Numbered from the stretch's first letter, positions 8,711-17,128 are shown. The stretch is 64,000 nucleotides of DNA from Faecousia sp. (GCA_045596215.1 JAZOBY010000070.1:636-64635), one strand, 5' to 3'. Notes: generated from the letters alone by a model not told the origin. Translations and numbers: made by a program.

Positions 8711-8751
8711 AACTCCGCTTCCGCGACTTCGCGGAAGTATACGGAGTTATA
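8711..8751 (+). other. Candidate MOBV-type oriT
   Basis: Nested inverted repeat AACTCCG-CTTCCGCGA-CT-TCGCGGAAG-TATA-CGGAGTT with AAGTATA-N5-TTATA, directly upstream of the relaxase. Confidence 0.55.
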
Positions 8752-8828
8752 AACGCGTCTAACGCCAAGTTATCCGTATTCCTCCCGTGTCATTATTAGG
8801 GTGACTACTTTTTAAGGAGGAAATCACC

Positions 8829-9869
8829 ATGACAAACAAAGTTCGAGCAACCATGCACAACGGCAGGGGTCGAAACTCCGTTGGCTTCAAAGTCCGGCAC
8901 AATGATAGGGATTTTGACACCACCCATGCCGAGCATATCAATCCAGCGCCCAACCGAAAGAACAGGTATTTCATCATGGAGGCGGACGGCACGGTGAACA
9001 ATCGCCCACAAATCTCCTTTGAAACACACGAGAAAAGAATGTATAACCACCTTTTCTACGAGACCCTGAGTAAACAGGCTGAACGGCATATCAAGTCCGG
9101 TCATCGCGAACGCATCCGAACACCTGACCAATACCGTACCGCCATTCGCACCTGCCCTGAAGAGACTATTCTAATGCTCGGCACGCGAGAAAAGCACGCC
9201 GACTCGCAGGCTTTTATCAAAGCGGTCAATTTGTGGTGCCAGCAAATGAAGGCTGCCTACGGAACCCACTGGCGGCTCTTGGACGGAGCTCTACATTTTG
9301 ACGAGTCCACACCACACTGTCATATCAGGGCGGTCTGGACGGCAGAGGGCAAGGATGGTCTACAAGTCTCTGAGAATCAGGCACTGAGGGCACTGGGTAT
9401 CCAACGCCCCAACTTGGAGCAACCGGAGGGTAGGCACAACTGCCCAAAACAGACTTTTACACAGCAAGCCCGTGAAATCTGGATAACTGCCGCACGGGAG
9501 TACGGCATTGAGATTGAGGACATCCCTGAAATGCCTGGAAAAGTGACACGTACCAAGGAAGAGTACATCGCTCAAAAAGTCCGCAAGGAGATTGTGAAGC
9601 TGTCCGAGCAACGCGACCAAATCCGCGCTGAAGCCTCTCAGGCCGATTCTGAGCGGACCGCTCTTCGAGAAGAGGTTGCGGACTTGCAGAAGACTAAGGG
9701 GCGCTTAGAAGCGGCCGTGGCGCGTTTAAGAAAGATGCTGCAGCCTATTCAAAAGCTGTTTGAACGCTTGGCGACATACCACATCACCCCTGACCGAACA
9801 GTACTTGACGACATCCTGTCGGATGCAAAAACAACCCGCGCAATCCAATCACTGGATGCCCGGGCATAA
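8829..9869 (+). CDS. MobV/Pre-family relaxase (plasmid recombination enzyme)
   Basis: HNDR motif, HFDESTPHCH motif, C-terminal coiled coil; RBS AAGGAGG. Confidence 0.88.
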   Translation: MTNKVRATMHNGRGRNSVGFKVRHNDRDFDTTHAEHINPAPNRKNRYFIMEADGTVNNRPQISFETHEKRMYNHLFYETLSKQAERHIKSGHRERIRTPDQYRTAIRTCPEETILMLGTREKHADSQAFIKAVNLWCQQMKAAYGTHWRLLDGALHFDESTPHCHIRAVWTAEGKDGLQVSENQALRALGIQRPNLEQPEGRHNCPKQTFTQQAREIWITAAREYGIEIEDIPEMPGKVTRTKEEYIAQKVRKEIVKLSEQRDQIRAEASQADSERTALREEVADLQKTKGRLEAAVARLRKMLQPIQKLFERLATYHITPDRTVLDDILSDAKTTRAIQSLDARA

Positions 9870-9891
9870 TACCGCTTTGGAGGAAAATACT

Positions 9892-10158
9892 ATGAGTAAA
9901 TCAATTGACAGAAAGCCTACACTTGAGGAATGCCTGACACTCTGGAAACAGAAGGGCGAACTCACCACAGAGATTGAGGACTTAAAACTTGAGCAAGTCG
10001 GTTTGCGAGCCTCAGTAGATTATCTGCGACATGCTGAGCATAGACTACGGGTCAGTATCGCCAATCTCTGCTATGATATGTCCAATATCTTTAAGATTGC
10101 CGGGACTCTGGCAGACACAGAGCAAACGGGCACTTGGCAGAATCTACCCAAACCTTGA
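9892..10158 (+). CDS. Small coiled-coil protein (88 aa)
   Basis: ATG with GGAGG RBS; heptad pattern resembling the Mob C-terminus. Confidence 0.65.
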   Translation: MSKSIDRKPTLEECLTLWKQKGELTTEIEDLKLEQVGLRASVDYLRHAEHRLRVSIANLCYDMSNIFKIAGTLADTEQTGTWQNLPKP

Positions 10159-10337
10159 GGTCTTTTTCGGCCAGTTTGTCTTTATGAGATTGGTAGGCAG
10201 GGATACTACCATAGGCGCAGGTGCTGAGGCACGGACAGTACAACACCAGCGTCAACCGTGTTTTGATATTTGGTCTACTAATTGCGGTACTACCGCATGC
10301 TCTTGTCGGCATATCAATACCTTCCGTGCCAACTTAT

Positions 10338-10384
10338 ACCGTGGTGGGGTTTACCTTTCTCCCTCACCACGGTTTTTCTTTTTT
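10338..10384 (+). terminator. Terminator after the rep-mob module
   Basis: ACCGTGGTG...CACCACGGT followed by long T tract. Confidence 0.7.
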
Positions 10385-10471
10385 ACGCACACCCTTGCGC
10401 TGTCATTGTTAGATTGTAACCGTGGCACTGCCATGTAACATATAAATCTATGAATAGAGGAGAAACACAAA

Positions 10472-10921
10472 ATGGACAATCAATTTATCGAAGAACCTAA
10501 ATGTTTAACGGAGCGCTTTGTGGAAGCACTCAGTCTGGAAACCCAAACCGGAGAAATAAGGTGGCGATTTAAGGAAGGCTACGGAACTCCGGCAAAATGC
10601 ATATGTGAGGGGAGGGAACTGACAATCGTACCCGACTATTCCGACCCCGAGCAAGACGGCTACACCCTTTATAGTGCAGCCATAGACGGTACGGACTCCT
10701 GTATGCTTATGAGCGCGAAAGGGGTCCCGGCAATGCCTAACAGGCTGCGAAATCTGTACGAAGATATAGTGGAAGCCTCAAAAGAGAATCCCGAGCCTGC
10801 ATTAGCGCATATGGAGAGCTTTGTAAAGAAGTCTGCAGAAAAGCAATGCTTGTACTCTATCATAGATGCAATCAAGTTGCTCCACCGCACCATAACCACC
10901 AATCTGAAAGATGTATACTAA
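10472..10921 (+). CDS. Hypothetical protein (149 aa)
   Basis: ATG with GAGGAG RBS; no recognised motif. Confidence 0.7.
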   Translation: MDNQFIEEPKCLTERFVEALSLETQTGEIRWRFKEGYGTPAKCICEGRELTIVPDYSDPEQDGYTLYSAAIDGTDSCMLMSAKGVPAMPNRLRNLYEDIVEASKENPEPALAHMESFVKKSAEKQCLYSIIDAIKLLHRTITTNLKDVY

Positions 10922-11008
10922 CGCTACATACAGTCCTGCTTTTTCTTATTCTTTCTTTGTGGTAGGTCTGTGACATAAAACGCCGGTATTTCCGGTTACT
11001 CCTGTTAA

Positions 11009-11060
11009 CCCCCATACGCTGAATCTTTCTCCTTTCAGTTCAGCGTGTGGGGGCTTTTCT
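11009..11060. terminator. Hairpin just inside the right end of the element
   Basis: CCCCCATACGCTGAA...TTCAGCGTGTGGGGG then CTTTTCT. Confidence 0.7.
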
Positions 11061-11061
11061 A

Positions 11062-11110
11062 AATGCCCAAAATTAATCTTCTATACCGATATCTGTCAGC
11101 AGACCCTTTT
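11062..11110. other. Right recombination junction, crossover CC at 11086-11087
   Basis: cotJC 5' part ends at the GG of Gly62; element arm (minus strand) TATAGAAGATTAATTTTGGGCAT. Confidence 0.88.
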
Positions 11111-11270
11111 GGTCATCAAAGGGCATGGAGTATCTTTGGGCAAGATACCGCATGGATGCAGCCAACTCACCATCCGGCCCGCCGAACTGACTGATGATAA
11201 TGGATGCCAAACGGGGATTGGGGCGGGCGATCTTTACGGGATACTGCAACTTCTTGTCATATACAAACAT
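11073..11270 (-). CDS. cotJC: CotJC 5' fragment (residues 1-62 plus element-encoded IED and stop)
   Basis: MFVYDKKLQYPVKI...SQFGGPDGELAASMRYLAQRY...GLLTDIG is the CotJC N-terminus; follows cotJB. Confidence 0.93.
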   Translation of the reverse strand: MFVYDKKLQYPVKIARPNPRLASIIISQFGGPDGELAASMRYLAQRYSMPFDDQKGLLTDIGIED

Positions 11271-11273
11271 ACC

Positions 11274-11708
11274 TTAACCCTCCTTATTGGCTGCGTATTC
11301 CCAGGGCCACGGATCATCCAACCAACGATACCGCTCTCCCTGTACAGGCAGTCCGTGCTTCAAGGGGCGTTCTTCGTTAAACTCCATCATGCCCTTGTGA
11401 TAGATCTGTTGATACTTCCGGTACAACTCCAATGCCTCCGTGTCATGTGGATGCGTATCCAGGTAAAGGGCCAGCTCCTGGATCATAAAGGCAAGGGTTT
11501 GCAATTCCGTTTTGGGTGTAATGGGCTGTTCCTGTTGATTGACCATTCCCATAAAAGGCAGATCCAGTCCAGGGAACAGCGTACCACGAATCAGGGCTTT
11601 TCGCGGTTCGTACTGGGGCGGGCATTCCAGTTGAAAGGGAACGTAGGGATTTGCCAGCGGTGCCATCGCCGGCAGACGGCCCTCTGTGCCGTTGTTTTTC
11701 CGATTCAC
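11274..11708 (-). CDS. cotJB: Fused spore coat protein CotJA-CotJB
   Basis: LANPYVPFQ...ALIRGTLFPGL (CotJA) then ELALYLDTHP...WLDDPWPWE (CotJB); likely GTG start at 11708 after AGGAGG. Confidence 0.88.
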   Translation of the reverse strand: MNRKNNGTEGRLPAMAPLANPYVPFQLECPPQYEPRKALIRGTLFPGLDLPFMGMVNQQEQPITPKTELQTLAFMIQELALYLDTHPHDTEALELYRKYQQIYHKGMMEFNEERPLKHGLPVQGERYRWLDDPWPWEYAANKEG

Positions 11709-11827
11709 ATTCATTCCTCCTATCATAATTCAGTTGGAACTGTCGTTCCTGGTCATACTATGACTGTTCCTGCGGAAAAGTTCTGTGACAGGGGAGGAGG
11801 GCATAGAAATAAGCAGAGGTGATGACC

Positions 11828-12535
11828 ATGAAACGTGACAATTGGATCGTATTTGCTCCCTTTTATCTACTTGTGATCATTGTTTTTCTTGGCATTGCCC
11901 ATTTCGGAAGCAGTACCGTTACAACGATCCAGCAACAACGCCCGGTGGCGAGAGAACACTGCATTGTAATCGATGCCGGACATGGCGGGATTGACGGAGG
12001 AGCCACCTCCTGCACCGGGGTTTTGGAGAGTCATATCAATCTGGAAATTGCACTTAGATTGGAAAACGTGTTTCATTTGCTGGGTTATGACACGGTCATG
12101 ATCCGCCGAACGGATGAATCCATCTATACACAGGGTAATACCATAGCTTCTCAGAAGGTGTCCGATCTAAAAGAGCGTGTGCGGATCGTCAATGAAACAC
12201 CGGGTGCGATACTGGTCAGTATCCATCAGAACACATATTCCGACAGTCGTTACCGGGGTGCACAGGTGTTTTATGCAAAGGATGAGCAAAGCAAGATGAT
12301 TGCTCAAGCAATGCAACAAAATGTCATAAGTATTCTGAATTCCGGCAGCAGACGCAAATCCAAGCAGGCCAAAGGTGTCTATCTCATGGAGAATATTGCA
12401 ACGCCGGGGATTTTGATTGAATGTGCTTTCCTGACCAATCCGGAGGAGGAAGCTCTGATCAAAGATGCCAGTTATCAAACAAATCTGTGTGCAGTGATCG
12501 CAGGAACAATCAGTTCCTGGCTCGGTGGCACTTGA
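11828..12535 (+). CDS. cwlD: N-acetylmuramoyl-L-alanine amidase, CwlD-like
   Basis: N-terminal TM; IDAGHGGIDGG, SDLKER, SIHQN, GAQVFY, ECAFLTN. Confidence 0.8.
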   Translation: MKRDNWIVFAPFYLLVIIVFLGIAHFGSSTVTTIQQQRPVAREHCIVIDAGHGGIDGGATSCTGVLESHINLEIALRLENVFHLLGYDTVMIRRTDESIYTQGNTIASQKVSDLKERVRIVNETPGAILVSIHQNTYSDSRYRGAQVFYAKDEQSKMIAQAMQQNVISILNSGSRRKSKQAKGVYLMENIATPGILIECAFLTNPEEEALIKDASYQTNLCAVIAGTISSWLGGT

Positions 12536-12560
12536 CGGGCGAACAAACGATTGGTATAAT
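12532..12560 (+). promoter_or_regulatory. radA sigA promoter with LexA-like box
   Basis: TTGACG, 17 bp, TATAAT; CGAACAAACGATTG at 12540-12553 resembles the Firmicute SOS box. Confidence 0.65.
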
Positions 12561-12590
12561 GTTACAAAAGAAATGGGAGGACGATACTCC

Positions 12591-13952
12591 ATGGCTAAGA
12601 CAAAAACTGTTTTCTTTTGCACGGACTGCGGATATGAGACTCCCAAATGGATGGGACGTTGCCCCGGATGCGGTGCATACAACACCATGCAGGAGCATAT
12701 TGAGAAGCCGGTTGCCCCTGGACGGGCGAAATCCGCACCTGTGGGTATGAGCCGTCATCCCCAGCGGCTTTCTCAGGTAGACAGCAGCGACGAGCTGCGG
12801 TTTTCTACCGGAATGGGTGAACTTGACCGGGTGCTTGGCGGCGGGGCCGTAGCAGGCTCTCTGGTGCTTGTGGGCGGTGCACCGGGCATCGGCAAATCTA
12901 CACTGTTGTTGCAGATCTGTAACAGTCTGTGTCAGGGCAGGAGAGTCCTCTATGTTTCCGGTGAGGAAAGCGAGCGGCAATTGAAACTCCGGGCGGAGCG
13001 GCTGCATGTCAATTCTGATGAGCTTTTCATTCTGTCTGAGACTCGCCTTTCTGACATTTTGGAAACGGTTGAGGAACTGAAACCGGATATTCTCATCGTT
13101 GACTCCATTCAGACCCTGTATAACGAGTCGAATGAGTCTGCTCCCGGCAGCATTTCCCAAGTAAAGGATTGCACCATGGCATTGTTGCAGTTGAGCAAGT
13201 CCGAGGGGCTGACTGTATTTGTTGTGGGCCATATCAACAAGGATGGAAACATCGCCGGACCCAAGGTACTGGAGCACATGGTGGACTGTGTGATGTATTT
13301 TGAGGGCGATCCCAATACATCCTACCGTCTGCTCCGGGCGGCGAAAAACCGTTTCGGTTCTACCAATGAGATCGGTGTCTTTGAGATGATCGACACAGGC
13401 CTGCGGGAAGTGCCAAACCCATCTCAGACGCTATTGGAGGGCCGTCCTCAGGGGGCAAGCGGCACCTGTGTTGCGTGTGTCATGGAAGGAACACGGCCCA
13501 TACTGGCGGAAGTACAGGCTCTGGTGACCAAAACCACCTTCAATGTACCCCGGCGGGCATCCGACGGTTTTGATTTTAACCGTGCCGTACTGCTGATGGC
13601 AGTTATGGAAAAGCGTGCAGGCCTGCAACTGAACCTGTTTGATGCCTATATCAACGTAATTGGCGGTCTGCGGCTGGATGAGCCGGGAGCGGACTTGCCT
13701 GTTGCATTGGCGGTGGCGTCTTCCTATCGTGACAGTGCCATTGCGGACGATTTGGTTGCCATTGGAGAAGTGGGTTTGACCGGTGAGATTCGCGGGGTAT
13801 CCCAAATGAATCAGCGGCTTGCAGAGGTTGCACGCCTAGGTTTTACCAAGGTTGTGATCCCGAAATACGGCACCGAGAAGGTGGATATACCTGCTGGACT
13901 GACTGTGTATCGTGTTCGCAATATCAGAGAAGCAATTGAAGTTGCGATGTAA
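12591..13952 (+). CDS. radA: DNA repair protein RadA
   Basis: CTDCG...CPGC zinc finger, GAPGIGKST, KNRFG. Confidence 0.97.
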   Translation: MAKTKTVFFCTDCGYETPKWMGRCPGCGAYNTMQEHIEKPVAPGRAKSAPVGMSRHPQRLSQVDSSDELRFSTGMGELDRVLGGGAVAGSLVLVGGAPGIGKSTLLLQICNSLCQGRRVLYVSGEESERQLKLRAERLHVNSDELFILSETRLSDILETVEELKPDILIVDSIQTLYNESNESAPGSISQVKDCTMALLQLSKSEGLTVFVVGHINKDGNIAGPKVLEHMVDCVMYFEGDPNTSYRLLRAAKNRFGSTNEIGVFEMIDTGLREVPNPSQTLLEGRPQGASGTCVACVMEGTRPILAEVQALVTKTTFNVPRRASDGFDFNRAVLLMAVMEKRAGLQLNLFDAYINVIGGLRLDEPGADLPVALAVASSYRDSAIADDLVAIGEVGLTGEIRGVSQMNQRLAEVARLGFTKVVIPKYGTEKVDIPAGLTVYRVRNIREAIEVAM

Positions 13953-13957
13953 TAGGA

Positions 13958-13984
13958 AACCCCGTGTGTTTGACACACGGGGTT
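13958..13984. terminator. Bidirectional terminator
   Basis: AACCCCGTGTGT-TTG-ACACACGGGGTT. Confidence 0.75.
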
Positions 13985-13987
13985 AAT

Positions 13988-14803
13988 TTATTTCTTTCGT
14001 AGCTGCCAAAAGGCAACTGCACTTGCTGCGGCCACATTCAGCGAATCCACATTGTGATGCATGGGAATGATCACATTGTAGTCGCAGTTTTCGATGGTTT
14101 TTGCGGCTAATCCATCACCCTCGGTTCCCAGTACAACGGCCAGCTTTTCTTCGGAACAGAGTGTGGGATCATCAATGGGAATTGCTTTGTCGTTCAATGC
14201 CATGGCCGCAGTTTTGAAGCCGAATTGTTTCAAATATGCCTGCCAATCAGTAGAATCGTCCACTAAATAGGCCCATGGAATTTTAAAAACCGTACCCATA
14301 CTGACTCGGACAGCCCGGCGAACAAGGGGATCACAGCAGGTATGTGTGAGCAATATACCGTCCATGCCCAACGCGGCGGCACTGCGGAAGATGGCACCGA
14401 TGTTGGTGGAGTCAACGATTCCTTCCAAAACAGTGATTCTTGTTGCATTTTCGCAGACCTTAGCAGGGGACAGGGGAGTGGGGCGTTGCATTGCACACAG
14501 CACGCCCCTGGTCAGCTCATAGCCTGTCAGAGCAGACAGAACCTCCCGATCAGCGGTATAAACCGGAATTTCCGGGCACTTTTTGATAATCTCAGCACCA
14601 TCGCCGGTGATGTGCTTTCGCTCCATGAGCAAGGAGAGGGGAGTGCAACCGGCATTTAAGGCCAGGTGGATGACCTTGGGGCTTTCCGCGATGAAAATGC
14701 CCCTTTCCGGTTCCAGTCGATTGCGTAGCTGTGCTTGCGTCAGCCGGGCATACACATCTAGTTCCGGGACGGAAATGTCTGTAATTTCAATGATTTTCGC
14801 CAT
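13988..14803 (-). CDS. TrmH/SpoU-family RNA methyltransferase
   Basis: NIGAIFRSA, GTEGDGL, IPM..VDSLNVAAA. Confidence 0.92.
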   Translation of the reverse strand: MAKIIEITDISVPELDVYARLTQAQLRNRLEPERGIFIAESPKVIHLALNAGCTPLSLLMERKHITGDGAEIIKKCPEIPVYTADREVLSALTGYELTRGVLCAMQRPTPLSPAKVCENATRITVLEGIVDSTNIGAIFRSAAALGMDGILLTHTCCDPLVRRAVRVSMGTVFKIPWAYLVDDSTDWQAYLKQFGFKTAAMALNDKAIPIDDPTLCSEEKLAVVLGTEGDGLAAKTIENCDYNVIIPMHHNVDSLNVAAASAVAFWQLRKK

Positions 14804-15816
14804 TATTCGTCCTCATCAGAATCGGTAAAATCCAATTTGGAGAGGGGATTGGCCTCTGCAGCGATCTTCAATTCTGTGTTCTCAATGTGGGTGTAAATCT
14901 GTGTGGTGTTCAGGTTCTCATGACCCAGTACTTCCTGTACGGTTTTTACGTCAACGCCGCCAGAAAGCATCATAGTTGCAGCGGTATGACGCAATTTGTG
15001 TGCGGAGAATTGCGTGGAGTCCAAACCGGCCTGTAATAGTGCCTTTTTTACGAGGCGATGGACTGCTGTAACACTGATTCGGTTGCCGTCACGGGATCCA
15101 AATAGGGCTCGATTGTCAGAAAGCACTTTTTTGTTGCGTTCGACAAGGTAGGCGTCGATCGCTTTGCGGCAGGCGGTGCCAAAATAGACGATTCGTTCCT
15201 TATTGCCCTTACCAACAACACGAATCCGGTCTTCGTAAACATCTGTCATATTCAATCCAACCAGCTCGGTGCGGCGGATGCCGCAGTTAAGAAAGAGCAT
15301 CAAAATGGCATAATCACGTTTCTCATTTTGTCCGGAAACTGCCTGTAAGAGTGCGGAGGATTGCTCCAAAGTCAGGTATTTTGGCAAACTTTTCCGCAAT
15401 TTTGGGTACTCCAAATCCGCTACTGGATTTTCGACTAATTGCTTGGTACGAACCGTCAGGTATTTATAAAAGGATTTCAGGGCAGAAAGCTTTCTTGCTC
15501 TGGCGGTAGGGGAGATGCCATACTCCGGTACAGCTGCATCCGGATCCGGCGTACGATCATTGGCCAGGTAAGAAAGGAAATCATAGATATCAGATGTGGT
15601 AATTCCTTTAATAAATTCCAAATCAATATCCTTAATAGGGATATCGTCCAGCCGGGCATGGATGGGCATATCACTGCGCATCAATTTCATGAAACGCAGG
15701 AACATCCGAAGATCGAGATAGTATTCAGAGATCGTGCGTTGTGATTGACCTTTGATAGTCTCGTGATAGACCAGAAAATCACGCACGACTTGTGGACAGT
15801 CAGAATATCTTTGCAT
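14803..15816 (-). CDS. xerC: Tyrosine recombinase, XerC-like
   Basis: GIRRTEL, GKGNKER, HKLRH, LGHENLNTTQIY. Confidence 0.8.
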   Translation of the reverse strand: MQRYSDCPQVVRDFLVYHETIKGQSQRTISEYYLDLRMFLRFMKLMRSDMPIHARLDDIPIKDIDLEFIKGITTSDIYDFLSYLANDRTPDPDAAVPEYGISPTARARKLSALKSFYKYLTVRTKQLVENPVADLEYPKLRKSLPKYLTLEQSSALLQAVSGQNEKRDYAILMLFLNCGIRRTELVGLNMTDVYEDRIRVVGKGNKERIVYFGTACRKAIDAYLVERNKKVLSDNRALFGSRDGNRISVTAVHRLVKKALLQAGLDSTQFSAHKLRHTAATMMLSGGVDVKTVQEVLGHENLNTTQIYTHIENTELKIAAEANPLSKLDFTDSDEDE

Positions 15817-16133
15817 AGAACGCTCCTGATTGAACGCCCAATATAAAAGCCTGAAAGAGGGAAGTTGCATACTTAAATCCAGCGAACGCAACAAAATAAA
15901 AATTTTGTTGCGTTCAAGGAACGTTTTGCAGGATTTAGGCCAAATGGACGCTTTATACCTTATTTATAGTTGGGTTTACAATAATGCTATTTAAAGTATA
16001 TCTTTCTTTCATATTTGTGTCAAGGCATTTCATTTTTATCTGTTTCGATTTATTTTGCGAAACCTCTTTACAACTTCCCGATTACAAGGTAAAATATTTA
16101 AACTATCTTTCTCGTTCATTGGAGGTCTTGGTT

Positions 16134-17105
16134 ATGAGTGTTAAGCGAATTGGCGTACTTACCAGCGGTGGCGACGCTCCCGGTATGAACCCCTGTGTCC
16201 GTGCGGTTGTTCGTACTGCTGCGTTCCACGGCATTGAGTGCTATGGCATCCGCCGCGGTTATAACGGCCTGATCAATGGTGACATTTTTAAATTGGACGA
16301 AAAAAGCGTTTCCCACACCATTAATCGCGGTGGTACGATCCTTTATACTGCCCGTAGCAAGGACTTTATGGACGAAGAAGGTCAGAGAAAAGCTGTTTCT
16401 ACCTGTAAATTCCTGGGACTGGATAGCATCATTGCCATCGGCGGCGACGGCACATTCCGTGGTGCCCGTGCTTTGAGTAAATACGGCATTAACGTTGTAT
16501 GTATCCCCGCTACCATCGATAATGACATCAGTTGCACAAATTACTCCATTGGCTTTGATACTGCGGCTAATACAGCTATTGAATGTATCGACAAATTGCG
16601 TGACACCATGCAGTCTCATGAACGTTGTTCTGTAGTTGAAGTTATGGGCCGAAATGCCGGTTTTTTGGCTATGTATGTTGGCCTTGCTGTTGGTGCTACA
16701 GCTGTTCTTGTTCCTGAAAAACCCATTGATTTTGAGCAAGACGTGATTGAAAAGATCCGCCGTGCACGTTTTAACGGATTCAGCCACTATATGATCGTAG
16801 TTGCAGAAGGTGCCGCTTCCGCTTCCGATGTTGCTGCAAAGATCAAGGATGCCATCGATCTGGATCCCCGCGTTACCGTTCTTGGCCACATTCAGCGCGG
16901 TGGTACGCCCACCGGCCGTGACCGTATCAACGCAACAAAAATGGGCTATCTTGCTGTAGAATTACTGCTCGCCGGTAAGACAAACCGTATCGTTTGTACA
17001 CATGCAGGCAGCTTTACGGATATTGATATTGACGAAGGTCTGGCTATGAACAAGAGTATTCAGCAAATGGAAGTAGATGTGCTGGGTGCTATGACCGGCC
17101 TGTAA
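16134..17105 (+). CDS. pfkA: 6-phosphofructokinase
   Basis: TSGGDAPGMN, GGDGT, TIDND, EVMGR, LGHIQRGG. Confidence 0.96.
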   Translation: MSVKRIGVLTSGGDAPGMNPCVRAVVRTAAFHGIECYGIRRGYNGLINGDIFKLDEKSVSHTINRGGTILYTARSKDFMDEEGQRKAVSTCKFLGLDSIIAIGGDGTFRGARALSKYGINVVCIPATIDNDISCTNYSIGFDTAANTAIECIDKLRDTMQSHERCSVVEVMGRNAGFLAMYVGLAVGATAVLVPEKPIDFEQDVIEKIRRARFNGFSHYMIVVAEGAASASDVAAKIKDAIDLDPRVTVLGHIQRGGTPTGRDRINATKMGYLAVELLLAGKTNRIVCTHAGSFTDIDIDEGLAMNKSIQQMEVDVLGAMTGL

Positions 17106-17128
17106 CCCCCTACCCTGCCAACTTAATA

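Larger units (their letters stand above)
1304..11087. mobile_element. 9,784-bp integrative mobilizable element interrupting cotJC (serine recombinase, Rep, MobV)
   Basis: Bounded by the two halves of cotJC with a shared CC core and inverted att arms; contains recombinase, Rep, relaxase, oriT-like site; no recognisable phage structural genes. Confidence 0.92.

Noticed and set aside
10221-10412. Hydrophobic 63-aa ORF as a type I toxin
   Set aside because: No convincing RBS and it runs through a terminator hairpin
10872-11015. 47-aa minus-strand ORF just inside the right junction that cotJ read-through could express
   Set aside because: RBS is 13 nt from the ATG, the start lies in a strong stem, and it overlaps the 149-aa gene antisense
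1304-11087. Interpretation as a prophage, intron or intein
   Set aside because: No phage structural, reverse transcriptase or intein motifs; att-like DNA ends and a serine recombinase explain the insertion
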